The notes below the pieces were generated by a model. It ran no database searches. It was not told where the DNA came from and saw only the letters and a list, made by a program, of their open reading frames with translations. Shown piece after piece: positions 1-10,785 of a stretch of DNA of 64,000 bases. Numbering within the stretch: position 1 is the stretch's first letter; every line of letters starts with the position of its first letter. The position numbers and the translations under genes were made by a program. The DNA comes from a bacterium (lineage in GTDB: Bacteria > Zhuqueibacterota > Zhuqueibacteria > Residuimicrobiales > Krinioviventaceae), in the NCBI GenBank assembly GCA_963674595.2, contig CAXXFV010000020.1, positions 34,674 to 98,673 on the forward strand, given 5' to 3'.

Positions 1-2
1 CC

Positions 3-506
3 GTACTTGTTTTTTCGATATGGATTTCAGAAATTTATAAAAAAAGTCGGCTTTTTACAGCACTGTTAACTGTTATCAAGACGACTATAATTTTTACTGT
101 TTTTTATCTTTCCATTCCACTTGATCAAAAAACGACAATAATTCTGGTTTGTATTGCTGTCGTTTATGCGGTTTTACAATATTTCTTTGCTTCTTTGTGT
201 GCAAAAGATACAGTTAAAGACAGGGAGATTGTTGAAAAGTTTTTCAAAAAACTGGACACCCCGGTTGATGTTGCAAAAGAAGTTTTTGTTGGAAAAAAAG
301 GTATGTCCAGTTTCCCAATTGTTGGGATTATTACTATGATTATAGGCGGATTTGTTTGCTTATTGATATTCACAATGTCTGTTTGGCGGGATATATGGCT
401 GACATTGATTATGGGTGTTTTACTTGTTGTCGTTGGATTTTTAATGTATTATTTCGGCGGCAGACAAGAGAAAAAAATGATTGAATCATTAAGCCGTGAA
501 CAGTAA
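3..506 (+). CDS. Sodium:solute symporter (SSS) family transporter, C-terminal part (truncated by window edge)
   Basis: Frame of ORF 195..506 stays open back to position 3 with hydrophobic segments. Tail FFKKLDTPVDVAKEV..SFPIVG plus two TM helices matches the tail of the SSS protein at 10878..12836 (FFEKLNTPIDVDSEV..VFPLVG). Confidence 0.75.
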   Translation, partial: VLVFSIWISEIYKKSRLFTALLTVIKTTIIFTVFYLSIPLDQKTTIILVCIAVVYAVLQYFFASLCAKDTVKDREIVEKFFKKLDTPVDVAKEVFVGKKGMSSFPIVGIITMIIGGFVCLLIFTMSVWRDIWLTLIMGVLLVVVGFLMYYFGGRQEKKMIESLSREQ

Positions 507-522
507 AAAGCGGGATGTTATA

Positions 523-2925
523 ATGAAAAAGATTTTACTTGTAATCTGTGTTGTTTTTTTAACCTTTCGGGTTTACGGCGCTGTAGAAAATGATTGGTTG
601 AATGATTTTATAAACAAACTTGATCCCGAAAGCGAACCGGTATTAAACCTGAAACAATTACCTAAAGATGCCGCCAGAGAACAAAAAATATCGGTTCTGG
701 CAAAATATTTTCGGACCAAAGAATATATTCACCCGCATTGGGTCATTTTTAAGCCTGATGTAAAAGATCCGGATAAAGTTGACCCCCGGGCCTGGGAAAC
801 ACTTGAGAATAATGTATATTATTCCGCCTATGAAAAAGGCGTGTTTGAAGGAGACATCCCATGGTTTGACCCGGATAAAACCGTCAAATCTGTTGGACGG
901 TTTCCACATTTTGATTATCTGGTCCCGGCTTATTATCATACAGGTGATGAGCGATTGGCACAGTTGATTGTTAAAAATATGAGTGACTTTATCAAACATG
1001 TGCCGATTTCCAAAGCAACCGGTATAAACGTGCAGGACTATTTTGCCGGTAATCCCTGGAACTGGGTGTTGCAACATTGGCGCATGATGCGATTTATTGA
1101 CACGCTGGATTTTCTTAAAAATTCACCTTCCATGCCGGACAGCCTTTTTCTGCAAACAATTTTAGATGTTCACGATGAAATGGAATGGTTGATCCCGCGA
1201 ATGTTTTTAGGTTTGCATAACGGTACCCTCGGAAATATCAGAGGGATGATTTATGTTGGCCTTAATTTTCCTGAATTAAAACAAGGTAAAAAATGGCTCA
1301 ATGATGGGACCGGTTTTTTTCAGTTCTTTTTAAATACCTATTTTTATCCCGGAGAGATTTGTGTTGAACTGACCGTTGGTTATTCAACGTCTACAGTACA
1401 GCATTGTTTAAATATCTATGGCGCTTTGCCGGAAGGCCGTCAAAAAGATGACCTGAAAGAGATTTTGGGGAAAATTGTCGAAACACATATCGGCCTAATG
1501 AAGCCGGACAAAAGTCTGCCCCGATATGGTGACCACGGCGCTTTTGATGTTCGGGACAGCATCCTTAAAAAAGCAGCCGATATTTTAAATCGACCTGATT
1601 TGTTGGAACTGGCAAAGAACAAGCCTGAAAATATCCCGGAAATGTTTTTATCTTTTCCACAACATTCCGCCCCGCGTTATATAAGCGGCTATTATGCCAT
1701 GCGTAACGGATGGGGGGTATCCGATCAGTATCTGGCAATGGATGCCGGACCCTATGGCACCAATCATCATCACGCTGATAAACTCAGTATTTGTGTTTCT
1801 GCAGACGGGGCCAATTTTATTGTCGATCCCGGAACGCCCATTTATCATTCAACAAAAGATACGGTCCGCTATGATTCCCGTTTTGGTTTTTTGCATAATA
1901 ATTTTGTTATCGACGGTATCGATCAAAACGCCGGTTGGGACCGGCATTATGAGTTTGATTACATGGAAAATCGCTGGGTAACGAATAAAGAATATGATTT
2001 TTTAGAAGGACTTTATGAGTTTCGGTCCTCATTGCTGCCGGTAACAGCCAGACGAACCGTATTTTACAAACGTGGTGAATACTGGCTGCTATTGGATGAT
2101 TTAAAAGGCAACGGACAGCACAATATCGAAAGTAATTTTCAGTTTAATTTTGATAATCATGTTGATTTGAATGATAATGTTTCTGCAACAGCAGATAACG
2201 GTGCTGTACTTAATGTTTGTTCTGTCGACGATGGCCTGGAACCGACCGTTGTAAAAGCAGACACTGTTTTCCCCGGAACCAGTTATAATATTTATTACCC
2301 CAATAATTTAGACTGGACCTTTGCAGGTCGCGGCTGGGTTGGTACGTTTGGTAACAATACCCCGGTTGATCCTTCTGCTTCTCATCCGGCGCCTTCTGTT
2401 GTTTACAAAGGAACTGTCAAATTTCCGTGGCATACGGTACGTGTTTTGTATCCATCTCAGAAGAAAAAACCACACAAAGCTGATGTTAAATGGATAGAGA
2501 ATACAGATGATCATCTTACTGTTTCCATTAAACATTTGCACCAGCAGAAAAATGTTACGGACATTTTGGACTGGAGTTTTATCAACCAAGTCGAGCGTTA
2601 TCAACGCTGGCCGGATGAAAGTGGATTCTGGCTTCGATTTGTCGATAATGATCTGAATGAAATTATTTTGTTAAATACCCAAAAAATCAACGGCGAGTTT
2701 AATAATAAAAATATTTCTATCGGGTTTTCTGATCCTGTTGAAGGTTTTATCAAAAAGGATAAAAGGGATTGGAAGCTTTATATCGATTCAATCATAAAAA
2801 AACCGGTTTCCATTCAGAATGTTTCATTATGTGGAAAAGGTGATTTTATTCTTTTTAATGAAAAGGGTGAAAAATGTGATAATCAGGTTTTATCCGGTAA
2901 AACATATACGATCCGGTTGAAATAA
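523..2925 (+). CDS. Secreted heparinase II/III family polysaccharide lyase
   Basis: Signal peptide from ATG 523 (MKKILLVICVV). C-terminal Hepar_II_III motifs SGYYAMRNGW, DAGPYGTNHHHADKLS, IVDPG, HNNFVIDG. Confidence 0.8.
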   Translation: MKKILLVICVVFLTFRVYGAVENDWLNDFINKLDPESEPVLNLKQLPKDAAREQKISVLAKYFRTKEYIHPHWVIFKPDVKDPDKVDPRAWETLENNVYYSAYEKGVFEGDIPWFDPDKTVKSVGRFPHFDYLVPAYYHTGDERLAQLIVKNMSDFIKHVPISKATGINVQDYFAGNPWNWVLQHWRMMRFIDTLDFLKNSPSMPDSLFLQTILDVHDEMEWLIPRMFLGLHNGTLGNIRGMIYVGLNFPELKQGKKWLNDGTGFFQFFLNTYFYPGEICVELTVGYSTSTVQHCLNIYGALPEGRQKDDLKEILGKIVETHIGLMKPDKSLPRYGDHGAFDVRDSILKKAADILNRPDLLELAKNKPENIPEMFLSFPQHSAPRYISGYYAMRNGWGVSDQYLAMDAGPYGTNHHHADKLSICVSADGANFIVDPGTPIYHSTKDTVRYDSRFGFLHNNFVIDGIDQNAGWDRHYEFDYMENRWVTNKEYDFLEGLYEFRSSLLPVTARRTVFYKRGEYWLLLDDLKGNGQHNIESNFQFNFDNHVDLNDNVSATADNGAVLNVCSVDDGLEPTVVKADTVFPGTSYNIYYPNNLDWTFAGRGWVGTFGNNTPVDPSASHPAPSVVYKGTVKFPWHTVRVLYPSQKKKPHKADVKWIENTDDHLTVSIKHLHQQKNVTDILDWSFINQVERYQRWPDESGFWLRFVDNDLNEIILLNTQKINGEFNNKNISIGFSDPVEGFIKKDKRDWKLYIDSIIKKPVSIQNVSLCGKGDFILFNEKGEKCDNQVLSGKTYTIRLK

Positions 2926-2970
2926 CATATTATATTTATTCGTGTTAAAATGCCATAATTGAGGAATTTT

Positions 2971-3798
2971 ATGAAAAAGTTGACAAAAAGTTTGCTGGTG
3001 TTGTTTGTTTTTATTGCTTGCGGAAAGCCGACACCAGAGATAAAAATGCCGGAAAAAGGGATTTGTGCCCATCGCGGTGCTATGGGAACACACCCGGAAA
3101 ATACAGTTGCGGCATTTAAAGAGGCGGTTCGTCTGGGCGCCCAGATGATTGAACTGGATGTCCGGTTTACCAGGGACAAAAAGCTTGTTATTTTGCATGA
3201 TGCAACTGTTGACCGGACAACCGAAGGAACAGGCGCTGTTTCCGAACTTGATTTTGATTATGTCCGTTCGTTGGATGCCGGCTCTTTTAAGGACTTGAAA
3301 TTTGCCGGTGAAAAAATTCCAACACTTGATGAAGCTCTGCAAGTGATGCCCCAAAATATCTGGCTGAATTTACACCTCAAAGGTGATTCATCTCTTGGGA
3401 GTGAGGTCGCTAAAGCTGTTGTTCGCCACAACCGTTTACATCAGGCATTTTTAGCATGTAAAACCGAGTTGGCAAAAGCTGCCAAATCTGTTTCACCTGA
3501 AATTAAAATTTGCAATATGGAACGTCAGGGAGATACGGAACAATACGTTAATGATACAATTGAGATGCAAGCGGAATTTATTCAGTTGCTTCGAGTTGAA
3601 CCGGGACCTTTATTAGAGAATTTTGCCCAAATTTTACATGAAAAAAATATTATTGCCAATTATTGCTGTACCGATGATCCTGAAGCTGTTAAAACCTTGT
3701 TTGATAATGGTGTTGATTTTATCCTGGTCAACGAATTACATGAAATAATGCCCATTGCCGAAAGTATCGGCATCATACCGGTTGTCCCCGTTTATTAA
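2971..3798 (+). CDS. Glycerophosphodiester phosphodiesterase family lipoprotein
   Basis: AHRGA, PENT, IELDV, HD and KIPTL motifs; lipobox FIAC. Confidence 0.88.
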   Translation: MKKLTKSLLVLFVFIACGKPTPEIKMPEKGICAHRGAMGTHPENTVAAFKEAVRLGAQMIELDVRFTRDKKLVILHDATVDRTTEGTGAVSELDFDYVRSLDAGSFKDLKFAGEKIPTLDEALQVMPQNIWLNLHLKGDSSLGSEVAKAVVRHNRLHQAFLACKTELAKAAKSVSPEIKICNMERQGDTEQYVNDTIEMQAEFIQLLRVEPGPLLENFAQILHEKNIIANYCCTDDPEAVKTLFDNGVDFILVNELHEIMPIAESIGIIPVVPVY

Positions 3799-3812
3799 AA
3801 AGGAAATTGTAT

Positions 3813-5153
3813 ATGAAGTTTCGATTAATTTTTGTTTTTCTGTTATCTTGTTTTTTTGTCTTTTCAGCCTGTAAAAGTAATAAAACAGGTATTGAGCCGC
3901 TTGCCCAGGACGGCGTTGTTGTTTATGATGCGAATGATTTAAATCAAGTCAATGTCGGAACCCCGGCTATTGTTTGTTTGGAGTCAGGCCGTATGGTTTT
4001 AACAATAGATCAGGGCGGAGCAGGTGTAGCGGAATTACCAGGAGAAAAGAATTTTTATAACGCTTCAAAATCCTATGTTCAGGGGAAAATATTAACATCG
4101 GATGATCATGGTAAAACCTGGACTGTAAGAGGGACTTTTCCATATGGTCATGCACGTTCTTTTGTTTCCGGTTCATCTATTTATATTCTGGGACAATGTC
4201 AGGATTTGATGATTATGCGATCGGATGATAATGGGGAGTCCTGGAGTAAACCTGTGCAAATGACCCAAAATGAGACCTGGCATGCCAGTGCCTGTAATGT
4301 ATGGTATGCGAATGATTGTATTTATCTGGTTATGGAAAAACGATTTGAACGCGGTTTAAAAGAGTGCTGGCGGGTTGGTGATATTGCACCGATTTTGATG
4401 CGCGCTAAAGTCGGTGATGATTTGTTAAAAGTTGAAAACTGGACATTTGCCTCGCCGCTTGTTTTTCAAGATGTTGTCAAACCGGAAGATTTGGAATATT
4501 TTGGCGTACCGTTTTTTACTTCTCCGGCTGACGGACCGTTTTATCCGGCGCCAAATCGGGGCATGTCTCCGATTGGCTGGCTGGAAACAAATGTTGTCCA
4601 GTTTACAGACCCGGCCCACCTTTGGACGGACCCCAGTGGTCATACCTTTCATTTGTTCATGAGGGCGCATACCGGTGGAACCGGTTATGCGGCTTTGGCT
4701 AAGGTTGTGGAACAGGAAAACGGTGAAATGATCACCCAAATTGAAACGGTTCCTTCGGGTAAAAAGTTAGTGTTTGTGCCGTTTCCAGGCGGACAAATGA
4801 AGTTTTATGTGCTTTATGATGAAATAACAAAACTCTATTGGATGGTCGGCACTCAGGCAACCGACAGCATGATACGTATCGACAAAATGCCGGAGGATAG
4901 ATACAATCTTCCAAATAACGAACGACGCAGAATGGTTTTACATTTTTCAAAAAATATGATAGACTGGTGTTTTGCCGGTGTTGTCGCTATCGGTCCTGTT
5001 GAACATGCATCGCGGCATTATCCTTCAATGGCTGTTGATGGTGAAAATCTGGTTATTGTCAGCCGATCCGGGGACGAAAATGCCGGCAGCGCTCACGATT
5101 GTAATTTAATTACTTGCCATACAGTTAAAAATTTCAGAGAGCTTGTATATTAA
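3813..5153 (+). CDS. Asp-box/BNR beta-propeller lipoprotein (sialidase-like fold)
   Basis: Lipobox FSAC; Asp-boxes TSDDHGKTW and RSDDNGESW. Confidence 0.7.
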   Translation: MKFRLIFVFLLSCFFVFSACKSNKTGIEPLAQDGVVVYDANDLNQVNVGTPAIVCLESGRMVLTIDQGGAGVAELPGEKNFYNASKSYVQGKILTSDDHGKTWTVRGTFPYGHARSFVSGSSIYILGQCQDLMIMRSDDNGESWSKPVQMTQNETWHASACNVWYANDCIYLVMEKRFERGLKECWRVGDIAPILMRAKVGDDLLKVENWTFASPLVFQDVVKPEDLEYFGVPFFTSPADGPFYPAPNRGMSPIGWLETNVVQFTDPAHLWTDPSGHTFHLFMRAHTGGTGYAALAKVVEQENGEMITQIETVPSGKKLVFVPFPGGQMKFYVLYDEITKLYWMVGTQATDSMIRIDKMPEDRYNLPNNERRRMVLHFSKNMIDWCFAGVVAIGPVEHASRHYPSMAVDGENLVIVSRSGDENAGSAHDCNLITCHTVKNFRELVY

Positions 5154-5154
5154 G

Positions 5155-5187
5155 AAAAAAAGCCGCGTTTTAAACGCGGCTTTTTTT
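5155..5187. terminator. Bidirectional intrinsic terminator
   Basis: AAAAAAAGCCGCGTTT-T-AAACGCGGCTTTTTTT inverted repeat between convergent genes. Confidence 0.9.
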
Positions 5188-5190
5188 GTA

Positions 5191-6180
5191 TTATTGAATT
5201 CGTGATTCTTTTTCCCACATGTCGGGATTTTTTCCAATTTTTTGTTTGATAATATTGGAAACCGCATTTAATGCGTCAACAATATCATCCGATAGTTCCA
5301 GTTCCATGGCCTTAACATTTGCCTGAATTTGTTCCGGTGTTCGGGCGCCTGCCAATACACTTGTCACCATCGGTTGTTTAAAAAGCCAGCTTATCGCAAT
5401 TTGTCCCATGGGTTTTTGTAGTTCCTTGGCGATTTCTGTCACCTTGTCAATAGCCTGGAACAGCTCTTCTTCACAGCCGTCCTCACCGTGCCTTACCATT
5501 TCTCTTTTACTTGAAAAATAGCGGGTACGTGCCCGGCCATCCGGAACGCTTTCAGCGTTTTTAAATTTTCCGGTCAACAGTCCCTGGGCAAGTGGACTGT
5601 AACATAGTATGCCGACATTTTTCTCCTGACATTTGGGCACGATTTCATATTCAATTGCCCGCCAGAGCAGATTGTAGGGCAATTGGTCTGTTTCAATCGG
5701 TCCGCATGACAAAATGTTTTCCAGATCATTAGCGCCAAAATTGGACATGCCGATAGCGCGTATTTTACCCTCTTTTTTTAATTGTGTTAAAGCCTTATAG
5801 GATTCTTCAAAAGGCACTTCACGGCTCGGCCAGTGAATTTGGTATAAATCAATATAATCGGTTTTTAATCGTTTCAGGCTGTTTTCACATGCTTGTATTA
5901 AATCGTTGTAACCCACATTTACAGTACGGACTTTGGAAGCAATAACAATATTGTCTCTTTTGTTTTCAAGCGCTTTTCCTAAAATTTCTTCTGAATAGCC
6001 CATTCCATACACTTCAGCCGTGTCGAAAAAGTTAATTCCGGCATCCATAGCTGCGTGAATAGTGCGAATGGCATCTTTTTCGTCTTGCGGTCCCCAGGTT
6101 TCATCACCTACGATTGCCCAGCATCCCATTGCCAGAGGTGTTACGTCTATATCAGTGCTTCCCAGTTTATTATATTTCAT
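5191..6180 (-). CDS. Aldo/keto reductase
   Basis: GINFFDTAEVYG, LKTDYIDLYQIHWP, IGMSNF, YSPLAQGLLTGK motifs. Confidence 0.93.
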   Translation of the reverse strand: MKYNKLGSTDIDVTPLAMGCWAIVGDETWGPQDEKDAIRTIHAAMDAGINFFDTAEVYGMGYSEEILGKALENKRDNIVIASKVRTVNVGYNDLIQACENSLKRLKTDYIDLYQIHWPSREVPFEESYKALTQLKKEGKIRAIGMSNFGANDLENILSCGPIETDQLPYNLLWRAIEYEIVPKCQEKNVGILCYSPLAQGLLTGKFKNAESVPDGRARTRYFSSKREMVRHGEDGCEEELFQAIDKVTEIAKELQKPMGQIAISWLFKQPMVTSVLAGARTPEQIQANVKAMELELSDDIVDALNAVSNIIKQKIGKNPDMWEKESRIQ

Positions 6181-6210
6181 GAATAAAATTCTCCTTTTTA
6201 GAAATCTGTT

Positions 6211-8592
6211 TTAAAATGATTGTTCAAGATTTGTCTTTTTACCGAATTTCAGGTGAATGGCATCACTGATTTTAACAGTTCCCGCATTGGCAATGCTGAT
6301 GTCTGATAATTGATCCTCTTTAAATCTAAACCATCCGTATGAAAAATCTCCTTCGATGTTTTTTATAAAATTGTGCATGTTTCCATCTGATAAAATTATA
6401 ACATCAGTGTATTGGTCTGTTTTAATTTCATAAACAGCGATATTTTTATTGCCGGTTTCCACTGTTGAAAAAGAAACGGTTTCTGCATGTTGTTTTGTTT
6501 CTTTTGTAAAAGGGAAAGCAAGAATATTAAAATTGTCAAGTGTAGAGTCTGCTTTAGATTTTTTCTGAAAAACAACCCAGTCGATTTTTCGGTTTGGTTC
6601 TTCGTTCGGTAATCCACGCAAGTCAGCATACCCCGATTTTAGGATTTTTTCTGTTTGTTCTGCTGCCGGGTGTAATAAAAGAACACCGTTTTCTTGTTTG
6701 GATATAAATCCCTGGTCTGTTATTTCCATATCCAAAGGTGTATGCAGGTTCCATTCAAGATTTTTGTTTGTTTGAGAGGTGCAAACATCATCCACAATAA
6801 GCCAGTATTCGCCCTTGACAAAAACAAAATGTCGCCTGACAGTCGTTTGTTGATATTGCTCATAACCCCGATGCGTGGCGGCAAAGTAATCGGTATTTGT
6901 TTGAAAAGCCTTTATAACATTTTCACCGGAAATGTTCCGTTTGTTGGGACTAATATTGTTTATAGTCAACATATTATGAGCCGGGGCGCGTTTATACCAG
7001 GAAACATGTATGGGTTCGGAATAGCCTTTTAAGCCCAGCCCAGCGTCAACCGCGAGAGCCTGACCATTGGCATACATTTCAAAATCCAGAATGTCATAAT
7101 GACCGTGGTTTTCAAAAGGACCGTAATTGATCATCATAAAATAGGAATTGTAATTCCACCCGTCCCGCATAACAGCGAATTTTGAGTATGGAAAGTCAAC
7201 CGACAATTTGGATGGAATAACAGGCTTGACTTTAGAATTGGCCAGTTTTTTGGACGGGACACTGTTTTGAACAGCACCTAAAAACTCGCCTCTGTTGAAA
7301 AAATCACCCATTTCGATCAGCAAGTCTGTAAGATAGGTGCCGCGACCACAATCATTAAAAGGACAGTTTAAACCCATGGGTGTTGTGGTATAAGCAGTGA
7401 ATTCCATCAGGTTTTCCAGTCGGGGCAGGTAGGTTTCGAGCAATGTTGTATCATTTTCAAGATATTTAAACATCAGCATATATCTGTAAAACATGCCAAA
7501 AACATAGGACGTATAACTGCCGGTCCTTTCAATATAACCGCCGTCATCGTTTATATCATTTTCAAAATGTTGGATCATATTTTTTTTACTGGCCTCCAGC
7601 CATTTGTCTGATTCCGTAAATTCCGGAAACGTCAAGGCTATATATGCCAATGTCATGGATGTTTGTGTTTGCCAGTTATAGGGATGAAAAGGTGTTGTTG
7701 ACAGGCATTCATATAACCATCTGGCTGAACCCAGAATATTTTTTAACATTCGTTTGTGTGTTTCAGGCGTTAAGGAATCTTTATAGGTTTTATATGAATC
7801 AATAAAATAGGGGATTCGGACACCCAAACCCAGCTCATACCAAACGACATCTCTGAGTTTTGTTTCCCACGGTTTTTGCTCATGTTTTACCTGGTCGATT
7901 TGTTCATACCATTGATTAAACAAATCCTCAAAACTGGTTTGGTAGAAATTATCTCCGGTCGCTAAATAGGCACCGAGAAGTATTCTGAAAAAATGACAAT
8001 AATGAACGCCGTAATCAGAACGGTCCTGCCAGTTGTAATCAAAATTCACTTTAAAGCCGAATGGAATTTCTCCGATTCTGTACCCGCTGTCCGGATCAGC
8101 AATATGTGCCGCTTGTTTCAAAAGTCCTGTTTTTCGTTCCGGGTCGTTTTTCAAGTCATTAAGGAATTCGTCTCGAGTTATAAATGGAATTTTTTCTACA
8201 CCGTCATATTTATACAACCGGTTGTTTGTCAGTTGTTGAGAAAAGTATTTTTTTAAAATTTGGTCCAGTTCGTCTGCGGATTTTCCCTTTATCTCTGATT
8301 GTAAACCATTTGGTAAAACTAGTGATGAAATCAGTTCCTGGTCTGAAATATGGTCGATTTTAGATTTGAAATATTCCGGATCAAGAAATGTGTCATGCCA
8401 TTCCGATAATTGCAGCGCCGGATCAATTTTTGAGCGGTCACCGTTTTTAACAGGTTTGTTGCATATCGGGCAAAACCATTTTCCATTAACTTGATAGATA
8501 TCCGAGTATTGGGAAATATTGGGTTCCTGCGCCGGTTTATTACACATCACGATGAACAGGGTTGTAAATACTAAGAGCATGGCACGTTTCAT
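6211..8592 (-). CDS. Heparinase II/III family lyase, probable lipoprotein
   Basis: Signal ending IVMC; WYELGLGVR, PYNWQ, DGGYIER, HGHYDILDFE, VDAG, HNMLTIN motifs. Confidence 0.8.
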   Translation of the reverse strand: MKRAMLLVFTTLFIVMCNKPAQEPNISQYSDIYQVNGKWFCPICNKPVKNGDRSKIDPALQLSEWHDTFLDPEYFKSKIDHISDQELISSLVLPNGLQSEIKGKSADELDQILKKYFSQQLTNNRLYKYDGVEKIPFITRDEFLNDLKNDPERKTGLLKQAAHIADPDSGYRIGEIPFGFKVNFDYNWQDRSDYGVHYCHFFRILLGAYLATGDNFYQTSFEDLFNQWYEQIDQVKHEQKPWETKLRDVVWYELGLGVRIPYFIDSYKTYKDSLTPETHKRMLKNILGSARWLYECLSTTPFHPYNWQTQTSMTLAYIALTFPEFTESDKWLEASKKNMIQHFENDINDDGGYIERTGSYTSYVFGMFYRYMLMFKYLENDTTLLETYLPRLENLMEFTAYTTTPMGLNCPFNDCGRGTYLTDLLIEMGDFFNRGEFLGAVQNSVPSKKLANSKVKPVIPSKLSVDFPYSKFAVMRDGWNYNSYFMMINYGPFENHGHYDILDFEMYANGQALAVDAGLGLKGYSEPIHVSWYKRAPAHNMLTINNISPNKRNISGENVIKAFQTNTDYFAATHRGYEQYQQTTVRRHFVFVKGEYWLIVDDVCTSQTNKNLEWNLHTPLDMEITDQGFISKQENGVLLLHPAAEQTEKILKSGYADLRGLPNEEPNRKIDWVVFQKKSKADSTLDNFNILAFPFTKETKQHAETVSFSTVETGNKNIAVYEIKTDQYTDVIILSDGNMHNFIKNIEGDFSYGWFRFKEDQLSDISIANAGTVKISDAIHLKFGKKTNLEQSF

Positions 8593-8742
8593 CTTGATCT
8601 CCTTTTTGGAATAGGTAAGGTCGAGGTTTATTAAATATAATTAATGACAAACTTTTTCTCAAGTACAAGTTTGTTGCTTTTTATGAGCTAATTTTTTATA
8701 ATTGATAAATCCTTCCCCCATAAAAAAAATGTGAGAAAAACT

Positions 8743-10785
8743 ATGAATCCAAAACAACTTGATCGTCGAGATTTTTTTCAAAAAGCCGGTTTGTCACTCG
8801 CTTCCCTCTCTGTTATGAATTTATCCCTGATTAAAAATGTTAACGCGCAATCTAAAGAACTACCGCTGGAGTTGTTCTTTTCAGCAGATGATCTGGATAA
8901 AATTCGTGAAAAAACCAAATTGCCGTTGTTTAAGGACTATTGGTTGGCACAGACAAGCCTGGACCACACAGATGATATTAATTTTTTAAAAAATGATCTA
9001 AGTTATAATAATCACATTCGACATTTTGCACGAGCCAGACAAATTTTGGAACGAGAAGCTTTCCTTTATATAGTAACAAAAAGTGCCAGACATGGAGAAT
9101 TGGCTTATCTGGCTGCAACAACGCTGCTGAAATATAAAAAATGGGACTATCATGTTGAGGATAAAAAATATGTGATCGGTCTGCAACGCGCACCTGAGGG
9201 TACGATTGCCATGAGTATGGCCTATGATTGGTGTTATGATTTATTCTCCGACCAGGAACGTAAAGAAATTTTAAAAAGCATCGGAGACAAAGGATGTGAA
9301 GCCTGTTATTTGTCTCTGTGGGGTATGCGCCATCCGGATAAAGTTAAAGGATGGGGATATGACCCGGAAGGTTCTTATCATGCCGATGTGGATATGAGCC
9401 GTTGGCCTTACTTTTTTAATGGTATTAACCTAAAGGCGGTACCTTTTGGAGGATTGGCCGTAGGAGCAGCCGCGTTAATGAACACTGACAAACGCGCTGC
9501 AAAATGGTTTGAGATGGTTTTGTATAGTTATAAAAATTTTGTCGACAATTTTGAAGCCGACGGCAGCTATAATGAAGGCGGTTCTTACTGGAATTATACG
9601 GCATCACACATGGCTTTGGTAGTTGAAATGTTTGCCCGTAAGAAAAATATGGGATTGTTTGATGACGCTAATTATGTTGGTATGATGGAGTTTTTACTTG
9701 CCTTACAGATGCCGCACAGTAATTTTCCTCATGAAACGGTCAATTTCGGGGATAGTGGGTCCAGTTTTGATTCGGGATTGGGTTTTTGGATTGCCAGAAA
9801 CTCCCGCGATGGGTTGTGCCAATACATCGCTTTAAATCATGCCAGAGGACACAATAATTATTCTCTAATATGGTATGATCCGACAATTATACCTATAAAA
9901 CCTACCCCAAAATTTTATTTTAAACATTTTGACCTTGACTGGATAATTACCCGAAACGGATACGAGTCCCGGGATTTGGTTGTAGCCATGCGAAGCGGAA
10001 AACCATCCAATCATGAACACGGCGATCGTAATTCCGTGATTTTAAAGGCCTATGATGAAGTATTACTGGCTGATTATAAACATCCTACCTATAATGCAAA
10101 AGATCCGGGTTGGCTGTTACGAACACCAGTGGCCCATAATACAGTATTAATCGATGGACAGGGCCATCAATATCACAAAGGCGAGGAAGGTACCAATGCA
10201 TCCAAAGCTTCTGCGAAAATTGTAAGAAGAGGTGATCGGGGCAAGTATGTTTTTTGGGCAAGTGATGCTACTCAGGCTTATAAAATTGTTAATCCCGACG
10301 TCAAAAGCGTAACACGAACCGTACTCGTTTTTGAAAGTGCTCCTTTTATCCTTGTTTTGGATAAATTGATAAAGGAGAACGAGCCTTCTGTTTTGTCGGC
10401 AAATTGGCATATTGAGAACAAGGACAATAATGGCAGTTGTAATGTTGATGGGAATTCTTTTGTTATAGAACGGCCATTAGCAGAATTTTATGCGGTTTGT
10501 GGAGGTTCACAACCGGTAACAGCCTATTCTAAAACATTACCGTTGCCAAAAGAATCCGGTATATGTCCTTTTGTGAGTGTCGAGTCAACGGTTAAAGAAA
10601 AAAATCCCTTTATGATTCTTGCCGGTTGTCCTATGAAAAAAAACGAACAAGAACCGATAATTAATATTGTTAAAAAAGACAACTATTATACCGTTGATAT
10701 GGAAAAAGGATGGAAGCGGATTAAACTAGAGATTTTTGATAACGGTGAATTACCAGAGTTTGATGTTGTTGAAATGGTCCTTTAA
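8743..10785 (+). CDS. Tat-exported heparinase II/III-like (oligo)saccharide lyase
   Basis: Twin-arginine signal DRRDFFQK; DGSYNEGGSYWNY, NFGDS, NHEHGDRNS, HNTVLIDGQG motifs. Confidence 0.8.
   Translation: MNPKQLDRRDFFQKAGLSLASLSVMNLSLIKNVNAQSKELPLELFFSADDLDKIREKTKLPLFKDYWLAQTSLDHTDDINFLKNDLSYNNHIRHFARARQILEREAFLYIVTKSARHGELAYLAATTLLKYKKWDYHVEDKKYVIGLQRAPEGTIAMSMAYDWCYDLFSDQERKEILKSIGDKGCEACYLSLWGMRHPDKVKGWGYDPEGSYHADVDMSRWPYFFNGINLKAVPFGGLAVGAAALMNTDKRAAKWFEMVLYSYKNFVDNFEADGSYNEGGSYWNYTASHMALVVEMFARKKNMGLFDDANYVGMMEFLLALQMPHSNFPHETVNFGDSGSSFDSGLGFWIARNSRDGLCQYIALNHARGHNNYSLIWYDPTIIPIKPTPKFYFKHFDLDWIITRNGYESRDLVVAMRSGKPSNHEHGDRNSVILKAYDEVLLADYKHPTYNAKDPGWLLRTPVAHNTVLIDGQGHQYHKGEEGTNASKASAKIVRRGDRGKYVFWASDATQAYKIVNPDVKSVTRTVLVFESAPFILVLDKLIKENEPSVLSANWHIENKDNNGSCNVDGNSFVIERPLAEFYAVCGGSQPVTAYSKTLPLPKESGICPFVSVESTVKEKNPFMILAGCPMKKNEQEPIINIVKKDNYYTVDMEKGWKRIKLEIFDNGELPEFDVVEMVL

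Noticed and set aside
8593-8742. AT-rich near-palindromes in the divergent lyase promoter region
   Set aside because: Composed almost only of A/T and expected by chance at this base composition.
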